A DNA stretch of 47,012 bases from Gallionella sp. GTDB lineage: Bacteria; Pseudomonadota; Gammaproteobacteria; Burkholderiales; Gallionellaceae. Shown piece after piece: positions 26,436 to 36,427 of the stretch; positions within the stretch are counted from its first letter, which is position 1, and each line of letters opens with the position of its first letter. The stretch covers positions 1 to 47,012 of the forward strand of contig JBGSMU010000062.1 in the NCBI GenBank assembly GCA_041739955.1. The letters are read 5' to 3'. The notes beneath the pieces are model-generated. The model worked only from the letters and a program-made list of their open reading frames with translations. It ran no database searches and had not been told where the DNA came from. The position numbers and the translations under genes were made by a program.

Positions 26436-27986
26436 TTAGTAAATGTATATCGAAGCGGCAAACGCATTTTTATATTTTTTGGGAAGGGTCTTGGTTGCTT
26501 CGCGAGCTGCCTCGATGGAAGGGTAGGCGCCAAAAAGTACACGAACACCTTGCTTGCTGCCGAATTTCGCCGGTAGCAGATATATGTCGGAAAGAACGCC
26601 GAGAGCATCAGCGCGTTTCAGAAAACCTTCGATGCGTTCTTGCCGGATAACTTCGTTATAGAAAAGTTGAAGGCTGGCGACGGCTCTTTTTTCTGCAACC
26701 AACTGTCTGCCAGCTTCCATGCGCTGATCGAAAAGTATCGTTTGGGTTGGTGTTGGGGTTTTGATGGTGGCCGTAGCTTCAGGGGCGGCCCGAGTGGTGG
26801 TGTCGCTTTGAGGCAATTCAGCATTCCCAGGCGTTTGTGCGGGCACGGGTGTTAGCGTCTCTGGCTCCGTTTTTTGGGTGGGTGCAGGCACTGGTTCCGG
26901 TGGTTGATCTGGATTGATTGGGGTTATCGTGCCGGTAGCAGGTTCGGAAGCGGGTTGTGGAACAGGAGCTTGAATATTATGACTTTCTGCTTCGGCAGGC
27001 GGCGTGCTGATTGGTTCAGGCGTGACGGGTGGCAAGGGGATGGCAGAATTTGTCGGCGCTACCGACTTTTTCGGCGCTTCCAGGTTACCGTTCAATAGTA
27101 GCCACGCGGTTAGGCTTGCAATGATCAAGACGACAACAGTCGCCGTCCAGAATACCCGGCTTCTGTTTTTCGGGGCAGGTGAGCCGAGCTCGCTATCGCG
27201 CATGGCTGCTTTGACATGGCGCGATTCGATACTGTGTGTGTCCTCAACAAATGCGGCCAACAGGGATTTGTCGGCAAGGATGTTGACCCGTCGCATCAAG
27301 CCATTTGATGCATCTGCGATGTTCTTGATTGCATCGGCAGAAAAAATATCCGGGCCGTGATAGCCGGCTGCACGCATCCTGAACATGAGATAGTTCTCCA
27401 GAGTGCTCCGCGACAGCGGCTGCATATGGAAATGGTGCGCGATTCGGTCCTTCAATTGACGCATGTTCGGTTGTTCGAGCTTGGCGTTTAATTCCGGCTG
27501 TCCGAACAGTACGATTTGCAGCAGTTTTGCATTGCCCACCTGCAGGTTGTATAGCAGGCGTAACTCTTCAAGAGTATCCAATGGCATGGCATGCGCCTCG
27601 TCCACCAATACAACAATGCGCTTACCTTCACGGGCCTTTTCTACCAGCTTGTTCTGGATGCTCTGCATAATGATGCCGACGCGCTCATCCTTGATGTTGA
27701 GCCCGAGACCGTCGGCGATCGCATACAACATTTCCTCCCTGGACAAGCTCGGATTGGCAAGATATATGGCTTCGATGTGCGCCGGGAGTCTTTCGAGCAA
27801 CATGCGGCACAACATGGTTTTGCCGCTGCCGACCTCGCCGCTGACTTTGATGATCCCTTCGACTTCGCTGATGGAGTAGATCAGGGCGTCAAGAATTTCG
27901 CCGCGGTTGGCTCCGGAAAAGAAGAAGACTGTGACCGGGGTAATCCTGAATGGAGGTTCATTGAGTCCAAAGTGTTCTAAATACAT
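26436..27986 (-). CDS. ExeA/MshM-family AAA ATPase with TM, Pro-rich linker and SPOR-like C-terminus
   Basis: MYLEHFGLNEPPF start, GEVGSGKT, VDEAH, LFGQPEL. Confidence 0.9.
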   Translation of the reverse strand: MYLEHFGLNEPPFRITPVTVFFFSGANRGEILDALIYSISEVEGIIKVSGEVGSGKTMLCRMLLERLPAHIEAIYLANPSLSREEMLYAIADGLGLNIKDERVGIIMQSIQNKLVEKAREGKRIVVLVDEAHAMPLDTLEELRLLYNLQVGNAKLLQIVLFGQPELNAKLEQPNMRQLKDRIAHHFHMQPLSRSTLENYLMFRMRAAGYHGPDIFSADAIKNIADASNGLMRRVNILADKSLLAAFVEDTHSIESRHVKAAMRDSELGSPAPKNRSRVFWTATVVVLIIASLTAWLLLNGNLEAPKKSVAPTNSAIPLPPVTPEPISTPPAEAESHNIQAPVPQPASEPATGTITPINPDQPPEPVPAPTQKTEPETLTPVPAQTPGNAELPQSDTTTRAAPEATATIKTPTPTQTILFDQRMEAGRQLVAEKRAVASLQLFYNEVIRQERIEGFLKRADALGVLSDIYLLPAKFGSKQGVRVLFGAYPSIEAAREATKTLPKKYKNAFAASIYIY

Positions 27987-27993
27987 GCCTATC

Positions 27994-29391
27994 CTATGTG
28001 CTTGGCTTCTCGTGCGAGCCGATACGGCTGTGCAGGGTTGTCCGGTTAATGCCCAACATTCTTGCGGCATCGCTGATGTTGCCTGAAGTGAGTTCCAGGG
28101 CGGCAGAGATGTAACTCCCTTCCTGATCATGCAGGTGTTTATCCAGATTGAAATCGCCCTGCTGCAGCTGTTGCTTGATTAACTCTGCAGAGGAATCCTG
28201 CGCAGGCAAGGGATGCTCCAAAGGGTCTAACTCTTCCTGTAATTTGAGTGCGCTAACGACTTGGCCGGAATATTTGGTGATCAACCTGATGACAATATTT
28301 CGCAACTCCCTGGTATTGCCAGGGAAGTTGTATTGTTCCCAGCGTAGCAAGGCATCCGGATGAAATTCAAAGGGCGGTTGATTGATCTGAAGGGCGTAGT
28401 AGGAGCGAAAATGATCGAGTAGAACCAGCTTATCCTTGCCCAGATCCCTTAAGGGCGGGACATGAATCGAAAACACATTCAGGCGGTGATAAAGATCATT
28501 CCGAAATGCTCCCGCACTGATCATGCCGCGCAGGTTTCTGTTGGTCGCAGCAATGATTCGCGCATTGCTCTTTTTTGTCACGGTTTCGCCGACCCTTTGA
28601 TATTCCCCGTTTTCCAGAACACGCAATAATTTGGTTTGCAGTTCCAACGGTAATTCGCCGATCTCATCGAGAAACAGGGTGCCGTCAGAAGCTTCCTCGA
28701 AAAATCCTGACTGGGCGCTAGCCGCGCCTGTGAAAGCGCCTTTGCTGTAGCCAAACAAGGTCGGCTCGATCAGTGTGGGTGCAATGGCGGCGCAGTTGAG
28801 TACCTTGAATGGCGATTGTGAGTTGCGGGACAATTTTTGTATCGCATTTGCTACCAATTCCTTTCCGCTGCCAGACTCGCCCTCGATAAGAATCGGAAAT
28901 GGAGTGGGGGCATACATCGCAATCTGGCTGTGGAGTGTCAGTATTGCAGTGCTATTGCCGACGATGCCGAGAGTTTGTTGGCCCGAGTCTTTGTCGTTAA
29001 CGATCAGGGCGCTATCGAGTCTTTTCTTGATTTCTTCGGGTGCGCAAGGCTTGGCGATGAAATCGATTGCTCCCAGGGCTCGCGCATGGCGCGCGTTATT
29101 TTGATCGTTTTGTCCGGAAAGAACGAATATCTTTATCTGGGGGGAGTGGGATAGCAACTCCGCTATCAGGTGAAAACCTTCGTCGGGACGGTGCGGAAAA
29201 GGTGGCAACCCAAGGTCAATAAGGGCTAAATCGGGAGGCTCGGATAAACTTCTCAGCAGTGAAATCGCTTCGTTGCGCGTTTCGGCTTGCATGGTTTTGA
29301 AATGAGCGCCAAAAGCGATCGCCAATCCTTCCCGAATCAGCGGGTCGTCGTCAACAATGAGCAGGCTGGGAGATTTCAAAATCGTGTTCAA
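27994..29391 (-). CDS. Sigma54-dependent response regulator (REC-AAA-Fis HTH)
   Basis: IVDDD/IDLGLP receiver, GESGSGKE, GAFTGA, FLDEIGE, GNISDAARMLGINRTTL. Confidence 0.95.
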   Translation of the reverse strand: MNTILKSPSLLIVDDDPLIREGLAIAFGAHFKTMQAETRNEAISLLRSLSEPPDLALIDLGLPPFPHRPDEGFHLIAELLSHSPQIKIFVLSGQNDQNNARHARALGAIDFIAKPCAPEEIKKRLDSALIVNDKDSGQQTLGIVGNSTAILTLHSQIAMYAPTPFPILIEGESGSGKELVANAIQKLSRNSQSPFKVLNCAAIAPTLIEPTLFGYSKGAFTGAASAQSGFFEEASDGTLFLDEIGELPLELQTKLLRVLENGEYQRVGETVTKKSNARIIAATNRNLRGMISAGAFRNDLYHRLNVFSIHVPPLRDLGKDKLVLLDHFRSYYALQINQPPFEFHPDALLRWEQYNFPGNTRELRNIVIRLITKYSGQVVSALKLQEELDPLEHPLPAQDSSAELIKQQLQQGDFNLDKHLHDQEGSYISAALELTSGNISDAARMLGINRTTLHSRIGSHEKPST

Positions 29392-29549
29392 TTTTTTGTA
29401 TTGGGGATTGTCTGCTGAAAGTAGAGCATAACGGCAAGCGTGCGTAATCTCAATAGGGATAAATGGATATGCGTATTGCGGGTCAATTAGTTGGGCTTTA
29501 CTGCTGCAGTGGTTTAGAATGCGTCGTCACATGTCCTTGGATAGAAATC

Positions 29550-30353
29550 TTGTCTTCTTCAGCGCTGGTCGAAATTCGCGATCTTAATTTCACCTACGAT
29601 AAACGCCCGGTATTAAAAGGGATCAACATGAATTTCCCGAAAGGGAAATTGGTTACGGTCATGGGGTTAAGCGGCTGCGGTAAAACAACATTGCTGCGAC
29701 TTATCGGCGGTGTGCTCAAGCCGACCAAGGGTTACGTCAAGATGGATGGGCAGGTGGTACACGAGCTTGATCAGGATGCGTTATATCGTATGCGCCGAAA
29801 GATGGGTATGCTGTTCCAGTTTGGAGCCTTGTTTACCGATATGTCGGTATATGACAATGTGGCATTCCAGATGCGCGAGCACACAGAACTCCCCGAAGAG
29901 TTGATACATGATCTGGTGTTGATGAAGTTGCATGCAGTGGGATTGCGCGGCACGCATGATCTTATGCCTTCGGAACTGTCTGGCGGGATGGCGCGGCGTG
30001 TAGCACTGGCGCGTACAGTCGCGCTTGACCCTATGCTGATTATGTATGATGAGCCTTTTGCCGGACTGGATCCGATATCATTGACCGTTGTGGGCGATCT
30101 GATCCGTCGACTTAATGATGCATTGGGTGCGACTTCCATTATCGTGACGCATGATGTGCAGGAATCGCTGAAGATTGTCGACTACGTGTATTTCATGGCA
30201 AATGGTGTGATCGTGGCTGAAGGATCGCCCGACGAGATTCTGGCTTCGGACAAGGAATTTGTGCACCAGTTCGTGCATGGCGAGATGGATGGGCCTGTGC
30301 CCTTCCATTATCCCGGCGGCGAATACCGGCAGGATTTGAATTTGCAGGCCTGA
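29550..30353 (+). CDS. mlaF: Phospholipid ABC transporter ATP-binding subunit
   Basis: GLSGCGKT, LSGGMARRVALAR, YDEPFAGLDP. Probable TTG start at 29550 downstream of a TAGAAT -10 (track start 29463). Confidence 0.92.
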   Translation: MSSSALVEIRDLNFTYDKRPVLKGINMNFPKGKLVTVMGLSGCGKTTLLRLIGGVLKPTKGYVKMDGQVVHELDQDALYRMRRKMGMLFQFGALFTDMSVYDNVAFQMREHTELPEELIHDLVLMKLHAVGLRGTHDLMPSELSGGMARRVALARTVALDPMLIMYDEPFAGLDPISLTVVGDLIRRLNDALGATSIIVTHDVQESLKIVDYVYFMANGVIVAEGSPDEILASDKEFVHQFVHGEMDGPVPFHYPGGEYRQDLNLQA

Positions 30354-30358
30354 CAACA

Positions 30359-31147
30359 ATGCAAGTAAAAAAAGCTCTCGAAGGTATAGGACGCAAGGTC
30401 ATTAATGCGGTATGGCGCATCGGCATGGCTACAAGATTCTTTTTTCTGACCATCCTGTATTCGGGAAGCGGTTTTCGACGGTTCCATCTGATCATCAAGG
30501 AACTGTTTTCATCGGGGGTCATGTCACTCATTATTATCCTGGTCGCCGGGATGTTCGTCGGTATGGTGCTTGGCTTGCAGGGTTATGAAACACTCAAGCG
30601 CTATGGCTCGGAATCTGCGCTGGGTTCGCTGGTGGCGCTAAGTCTGGTGCGCGAGCTGGGCCCCGTACTGGCAGCGTTATTGTTTGCCAGTCGTGCAGGG
30701 TCGGCAATGACGGCCGAGATCGGGTTGATGAAAGCCACCGAGCAGATTTCCGCGATGGAAATGATGGCGGTGAATCCGATTGCCCGTATTGTGGCGCCGC
30801 GCTTCTGGGCGGGTGTGATTTCGATGCCCTTGCTGGCGGCTTTGTTCAGCGCAATGGGGATATTCGGCGGCTATTTTGTCGGCGTGGTACAGATCGGAGT
30901 GGACGAAGGGTCATTCTGGTCGCAGATGCAATCCGCGGTTGATTTTCGCGAGGATATACTGAACGGCGTTATCAAGAGTTTTGTATTCGGTTCGGCGGTC
31001 ACTGTGATCGCATTATTCGAGGGGTATGATGCTCCTCCTACGGCAGAGGGAGTTTCAGGCGCAACCACACGTACCGTGGTTACCTCATCGCTGGCAATCT
31101 TGATGCTGGATTTTATTTTGACTGCAATGATGTTCGGAGGACAGTGA
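30359..31147 (+). CDS. mlaE: Phospholipid ABC transporter permease
   Basis: RELGPVLAALLFASRAGSAMTAEIGLMKATEQ. Confidence 0.95.
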   Translation: MQVKKALEGIGRKVINAVWRIGMATRFFFLTILYSGSGFRRFHLIIKELFSSGVMSLIIILVAGMFVGMVLGLQGYETLKRYGSESALGSLVALSLVRELGPVLAALLFASRAGSAMTAEIGLMKATEQISAMEMMAVNPIARIVAPRFWAGVISMPLLAALFSAMGIFGGYFVGVVQIGVDEGSFWSQMQSAVDFREDILNGVIKSFVFGSAVTVIALFEGYDAPPTAEGVSGATTRTVVTSSLAILMLDFILTAMMFGGQ

Positions 31148-31150
31148 ACG

Positions 31151-31615
31151 ATGGAACGCACTACGGTTGATTTGTGGGTAGGCATATTTGTCGTGGCCGG
31201 TGTGGCTGCCCTTGTGATGCTGGCGATGAAAGTGGGGAACCTGGGCACTTACAATGTGTCGGAGAGCTACGAATTGCATGCTTATTTTTCGAATATTGGC
31301 GGATTGAAGCCCAAAGCATCGATCAAGAGTGCGGGAGTTCTGGTTGGCAGGGTGACCGAAATTACGCTGGACACGGAACGTTATGAGGCAAATGTCAAGA
31401 TGAGTCTGGACAAACGCTACCAATTCCCAAAAGACACGTTTGCCAATATCCTTACCTCGGGTTTGTTGGGCGAGCAATATATCGGGCTGATGCCGGGCGG
31501 CGATGAAGAGATGCTTAAAGATGGCGGACTAATCAAGAAAACCCAATCGGCCGTTGTGCTGGAAGACCTGATTGGCAAGTTTATCTATAACAAGGCGGAA
31601 GATTCGGCCAACTAA
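31151..31615 (+). CDS. mlaD: MCE-domain lipid asymmetry protein
   Basis: FSNIGGLK...AGVLVGRV, ILTSGLLGEQYI. Confidence 0.95.
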   Translation: MERTTVDLWVGIFVVAGVAALVMLAMKVGNLGTYNVSESYELHAYFSNIGGLKPKASIKSAGVLVGRVTEITLDTERYEANVKMSLDKRYQFPKDTFANILTSGLLGEQYIGLMPGGDEEMLKDGGLIKKTQSAVVLEDLIGKFIYNKAEDSAN

Positions 31616-31629
31616 GCAGTGAGGTTCCA

Positions 31630-32262
31630 ATGAAAAATTTGCTGGGTTTATTGGCAGGCATATTGTGCATGGCCGGTCTCGCGCAGGCCGAGATTGTGCC
31701 GCCCGATGTGCTGATCAGAGATACCGTCCAGCAGGTGATCGGGGTCATAAAGGCGGACAAGGATATCAAGGCGGGTGACCTCCAAAAAACCTTGGCTCTT
31801 GTAGATGAAAAGGTGTTGCCACACTTTGATTTTGAGCGCATGACCAAACTTGCAGTCGGAAAATACTGGCGTAGCGCAACGCCGGAGCAAAGGCAGTCAT
31901 TGACCGCCGAATTTCGCAATATGCTGGTTAGAACATATGCCAAAGTGTTCAGTGTCTACCAGGATCAGGAAATAGAAGTCAGGCCCTTAAAGGCGGATGC
32001 CGATGCAAGCGAGGTGACCGTTCAGACCACTATCACCAAACCGGGCACTCCTTCCATTCCCGTTAATTATGAAATGAAGGCAGGCAAGGATGGCTGGAAA
32101 GTATTCGATATATATATCGAGGGGGTCAGTATGGTGATGAGTTACCGGGGCACCTTCGGGTCGCAAATTGAGCAAAACGGCATTGATGGTTTGATCAAGA
32201 CCTTGTCCGAAAAAAATGACAGTACATCCGGTACCCTCCTGAATTCGGCAAAGGTCCAGTGA
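31630..32262 (+). CDS. mlaC: Periplasmic phospholipid shuttle
   Basis: Signal peptide, PHFDFERMTKLAVG.YW, WKVFDIYIEGVS. Confidence 0.93.
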   Translation: MKNLLGLLAGILCMAGLAQAEIVPPDVLIRDTVQQVIGVIKADKDIKAGDLQKTLALVDEKVLPHFDFERMTKLAVGKYWRSATPEQRQSLTAEFRNMLVRTYAKVFSVYQDQEIEVRPLKADADASEVTVQTTITKPGTPSIPVNYEMKAGKDGWKVFDIYIEGVSMVMSYRGTFGSQIEQNGIDGLIKTLSEKNDSTSGTLLNSAKVQ

Positions 32263-32540
32263 TGTCCACAGACCCAGAGCAAATGACGATAGACGGAAAC
32301 CTGACCCTGAATGTGGTTTCCGGGTTGTTTGAGACTGGTTTGAAGCAATTGCAGCGAGGCGCATTGCATGTGGATCTTTCCCAGGTTCGTTCGGTCGATT
32401 CATCGGCAATCAGCATGCTGCTGGGTTGGAAAAGAGCCGCACAGCTTGGTCAGCATGAATTAAGCGTGACAGGCTGGCCCGAGGACTTGCTGAGCCTGGC
32501 TAGATTGTATGGCGTGGAGGAGTTGTTGCCTTTGCACTGA
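32259..32540 (+). CDS. mlaB: STAS-domain subunit
   Basis: VDLSQVRSVDSSAISMLL...LARLYGV. Confidence 0.9.
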   Translation: MMSTDPEQMTIDGNLTLNVVSGLFETGLKQLQRGALHVDLSQVRSVDSSAISMLLGWKRAAQLGQHELSVTGWPEDLLSLARLYGVEELLPLH

Positions 32541-32748
32541 GGAGTGCCCGGAGCGAGAAACGGTAAAGGCATATTTCATGTGCTGTGCGTCCTGCTGGCC
32601 AATTTAAGGTTTAAGGCCAGATTTTCATGCCCGTTTGTTTGTCGTAAGATAAGGGCTGTTCATTGACTGCCATTGCGTGGCGGAGTTATTGTCTGACCAA
32701 CCTTCAGGCAGCATAGAAAAAATCTGAGCATCATCGAACGGTATAACC

Positions 32749-33393
32749 ATGAATAAATTTGCCATTGCAACCCTGCTTTCCGTTTTTATGATTTCACCTG
32801 CCGTTGCCGACAACGCAACTGTTGTGGACAGCGAGGGCACGATCCATGTGGGATTCAAAATGGGGCAATCCAACATATCGGGCAGCAGGAGCGGGTTTGG
32901 TATTCAAGGCAGTTACACCCTTTTATCACCGGGATATTTCCAGCTGGCATATCTGGATAGAACCAGCATTGCGGTGGAGGGGGAGTTCGTTAATCTGGGT
33001 ACTTATCGGAATACTAGCAATTCCTTTTCAGCTGCTGCTTATGGCGTTGCGGGTACGGCTGCTTACCCGGTAGGCCCGTCAGTTAATGTCGTGGCCAAGG
33101 CGGGCCTGGCAAACCTTTCCCGTAAACAGGGTTGTGGATGGACGACCTGTACCAATACTTCATCGAGCAGTGATTTTGGCCTGCATTTCGGTGTTGCCGG
33201 CCAATACAATCTGGCTAGCGACTTGAGCCTGGGTGTTGGTTACGATCTCTACCCTGGAAAAATCACGATTTTTTCTGTAAATGCCGTGTATACATTTCTA
33301 CCTTCCTCCTCCCGGAGTAAGCCCGCCAAACCAGTTTCAGACGGCATCCTTCGCATTGAAGGTATTGAGCCCAGCCCGCTATTCCCATTCTGA
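32749..33393 (+). CDS. Small outer-membrane beta-barrel protein (OmpA-like TM domain) with C-terminal extension
   Basis: Signal peptide, AVEGEFVNLG, AKAGLA, FGVAGQYNL, and beta-signal-like VNAVYTF followed by extra residues. Confidence 0.75.
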   Translation: MNKFAIATLLSVFMISPAVADNATVVDSEGTIHVGFKMGQSNISGSRSGFGIQGSYTLLSPGYFQLAYLDRTSIAVEGEFVNLGTYRNTSNSFSAAAYGVAGTAAYPVGPSVNVVAKAGLANLSRKQGCGWTTCTNTSSSSDFGLHFGVAGQYNLASDLSLGVGYDLYPGKITIFSVNAVYTFLPSSSRSKPAKPVSDGILRIEGIEPSPLFPF

Positions 33394-33462
33394 ACGATCG
33401 AATTGTTTGGACGCTCAATTACAGAGCGAAACGATTTATAGACGGATTCTTGCCGGATCGGT

Positions 33463-35580
33463 TTAATTCTGTGGGTTTTTTATCCGGATGATTCTGGCCA
33501 CTTCCGGTATCCTGCGCAGCCCGCGCATGATGTTGGCCAGTTGCAGGCGGTTACTTACTTCCAGCTTGAAATGCAGGCAGGTGTATGACCCCTCATTACT
33601 GAAATTTATATTCTCTATGTTGGCTTCCGCTTCGGCAATCGCCGCTGCTATTTTGGCCAGAACACCACGCTTGTTGGTAACCAGCATTTTTATGCTGACG
33701 TCGAAAGGCCGGTTGATATTCTTGTCCCATGCCACGTCCAGCCATTGCTCACCACTACCGAGACCTTTGCGCAAAGTCGGGCAATCGTGCGTATGCACCA
33801 ACAGTCCCTGGCCGCTTTTGATTACACCGATAATGGGATCGCCGGGGATAGGCCGGCAGCACTGGGCATACTGAACCGCCATGCCTTCGGTGCCATTTAT
33901 GGTGAAAACACCGTTGGCTACTGTTTCACTGATTGCCGTTTCGCTGATGTTGGCAAGCTGCCGGGCTACCACCATGTTGAGCCGGCGACCCAGCCCGATA
34001 TCGGTAAAAAGCTCTTCACGAGTTTTCATGCCGGTCTCTCTCAGGAACTTGTTCCATTGTCCTTCACCGAAATCCTGTGATTTGAGACCCAGAGTATTGA
34101 GTGCCTGATTGAACAGCCGCTCGCCCAGCCGTGCCGATTCACCCGACTGTATTGTCTTGAGAAAGTGGCGGATGTGACTACGCGCTTTGCTGGTGGCGAC
34201 GTAGCCCAGCCAGGCCGGATTGGGGTGTGCGTTAGGCGCGGTGATCACTTCCACGCGGTCGCCATTCCTGAGTTCGGTGCGCAATGGCACCAGCTCATGG
34301 TTAACTTTGACAGCAATGCATCTGTTGCCGACATCGGTATGTACGCTGTATGCAAAGTCCACCCCGGTGGCTCCGCGAGGCAATGAAAGTATCCTGCCCT
34401 TGGGCGTGAACACATATACCTCGTCAGGGAACAGGTCAACCTTGAGATGTTCAAGGAATTCCGAAGCGTCACTGCTTTGGCTCAGGCTTTCCAGCAGTTC
34501 CTGTAACCAGTGGTGCGTCTTTTTATGCAGATCATTGATTGAGTCGTGACCGCTCTTGTATAGCCAGTGGGATGCAACGCCGGCATCGGCAATCTTGTGC
34601 ATCTCATGAGTACGTATCTGGATTTCGATCGGGGTGCCAAAAGGCCCGAACAATGTCGTATGGATCGATTGATAACCGTTGACTTTGGGGATTGCGATGT
34701 AATCCTTGAATTTCCCAGGGATAGGTTTGTATAAACCGTGCAATGCGCCCATTGCCAGATAGCAGGAAGAAAAATCATTGACCAGCACACGGAAACCGTA
34801 GATATCCAGCACCTCCGCAAAGGCCAGTGATTTGCTTTGCATCTTTTTGTAGATGCTATAGATATCTTTTTCCCTGCCGGTTACGTCTGCCTGAATATTG
34901 AATTCGGCCAGTTTCAGGCGTATAGCCTCAAGTATCTTGCCGACCACTTCGCGCCGATTCCCGCGGGCCACATGTAGTGCTTTCAAGAGAACGGCGTACC
35001 GATTCGGATGCAGGTTTTTAAAGCTCAGATCCTGAAGTTCGTGGTGAATTTCGTTCAGGCCGAGACGATTGGCAATCGGCGCGTATATATCCATGGTTTC
35101 GCGTGCGATCCGCTCGCGTTTTTCAGAAGACATGGCATCCAGAGTGCGCATGTTATGGAGACGGTCGGCCAGTTTGATCAGGATGACGCGGACGTCCCGC
35201 GCCATTGCAAGCAGCATCTTGCGGAAATTTTCCACCTGTGCATCTTCACGGGTCTCGAATTTAAGCCTGTCAAGCTTGCTCAGGCCTTCAACCAGTTCGG
35301 CAACCGGTTTGCCGAACTGGTCGGCGATCTGCTCTGCGGTGACTTTGGCGTCTTCCACTACATCGTGGAGTAACGCTGCGATGATTGCCTGCACATCGAT
35401 ATGCAAGGGTGTCAGGATGCGCGCAACGGCGATCGGATGGGTTACATATGGGACGCCGGAACGGCGAGTCTGTCCTTCGTGAGCGACACGGCTGAATTCG
35501 ATAGCCTGCCGGACGTAGTCGATATCCTTCGGTTTAAGATAGGCTGAGAGTTCCTTGATCAGCAGCTCTGCGTCGGACAT
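33463..35580 (-). CDS. spoT: Bifunctional (p)ppGpp synthetase/hydrolase
   Basis: HD motif LLHDVVED, KLADRLHNMRTL, GYQSIHT, TGS and ACT domains. Confidence 0.96.
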   Translation of the reverse strand: MSDAELLIKELSAYLKPKDIDYVRQAIEFSRVAHEGQTRRSGVPYVTHPIAVARILTPLHIDVQAIIAALLHDVVEDAKVTAEQIADQFGKPVAELVEGLSKLDRLKFETREDAQVENFRKMLLAMARDVRVILIKLADRLHNMRTLDAMSSEKRERIARETMDIYAPIANRLGLNEIHHELQDLSFKNLHPNRYAVLLKALHVARGNRREVVGKILEAIRLKLAEFNIQADVTGREKDIYSIYKKMQSKSLAFAEVLDIYGFRVLVNDFSSCYLAMGALHGLYKPIPGKFKDYIAIPKVNGYQSIHTTLFGPFGTPIEIQIRTHEMHKIADAGVASHWLYKSGHDSINDLHKKTHHWLQELLESLSQSSDASEFLEHLKVDLFPDEVYVFTPKGRILSLPRGATGVDFAYSVHTDVGNRCIAVKVNHELVPLRTELRNGDRVEVITAPNAHPNPAWLGYVATSKARSHIRHFLKTIQSGESARLGERLFNQALNTLGLKSQDFGEGQWNKFLRETGMKTREELFTDIGLGRRLNMVVARQLANISETAISETVANGVFTINGTEGMAVQYAQCCRPIPGDPIIGVIKSGQGLLVHTHDCPTLRKGLGSGEQWLDVAWDKNINRPFDVSIKMLVTNKRGVLAKIAAAIAEAEANIENINFSNEGSYTCLHFKLEVSNRLQLANIMRGLRRIPEVARIIRIKNPQN

Positions 35581-35595
35581 TTGAAATCACGTTGT

Positions 35596-35802
35596 TCAGG
35601 CCTGACCGCGGTTGAGTATTTCCTTGCCCACTTTCCCCTCGCTGATCTCGCGCAATGCGATGACAGTCGGTTTGTCCTTGCTGATGTCAACAAGGTGTGC
35701 TGCGCCGTTTGCCAGCTGGCGGGCGCGATAAGCGGCGGTCAGGGTCAGGTCAAAACGGTTGGGAATATGTGTGAGACACTCTTCTACTGTGATACGGGCC
35801 AT
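35596..35802 (-). CDS. rpoZ: RNA polymerase omega subunit
   Basis: [10 protein letters not shown]...NRFDL...[10 protein letters not shown]. Confidence 0.97.
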   Translation of the reverse strand: MARITVEECLTHIPNRFDLTLTAAYRARQLANGAAHLVDISKDKPTVIALREISEGKVGKEILNRGQA

Positions 35803-35806
35803 GGTA

Positions 35807-36424
35807 TTACTCCGGGTTTTGCAACTGGTTGATCAATACCTGATGACGTGACAATTGTTTTGCACAGATCAACTGGGTGGAAAGAACCACCGCATTAAGC
35901 TCGTGCAACGCCACGTCCAGATTGTCGTTGATAATAACATAATCGAACTCGGCCACATGTGCGACATCTTCCCTTGCCGCTGCCATCCGCTTGGCGATAA
36001 CCTCGGTTTTATCCTTGCCGCGACCTGTCAGGCGCTGTTCCAGTGCATCCATGGAAGGCGGCAGTATGAAAATGCTGACACAATCCGGAAATAATCGCCT
36101 TACCTGAGCCGCTCCTTGCCAGTCGATTTCAAGAAGTACATCCATTCCTGCAGAATTTTTCTGTGTTATCCATGTTTGTGAAGTGCCATAGAAATTGCCG
36201 TAAACCTCGGCGCTTTCAAGAAACTCACCGCGTTTGGCCATGGCAAGAAAGGTTTCGCGGTCGACAAAATGATAATCACGCCCATCTTGTTCGCCCGGAC
36301 GCGGATCGCGGGTAGTGTAGGAGATCGACAGGTTGATCTGGGGATGGGCGCCAAGCAAGGCATGCACCAGGCTGGTTTTACCGGCGCCCGACGGCGCGCT
36401 GATGACAAAAAGGGTTCCTGACAT
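35807..36424 (-). CDS. gmk: Guanylate kinase
   Basis: [28 protein letters not shown]. Confidence 0.97.
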   Translation of the reverse strand: MSGTLFVISAPSGAGKTSLVHALLGAHPQINLSISYTTRDPRPGEQDGRDYHFVDRETFLAMAKRGEFLESAEVYGNFYGTSQTWITQKNSAGMDVLLEIDWQGAAQVRRLFPDCVSIFILPPSMDALEQRLTGRGKDKTEVIAKRMAAAREDVAHVAEFDYVIINDNLDVALHELNAVVLSTQLICAKQLSRHQVLINQLQNPE

Positions 36425-36427
36425 TAC

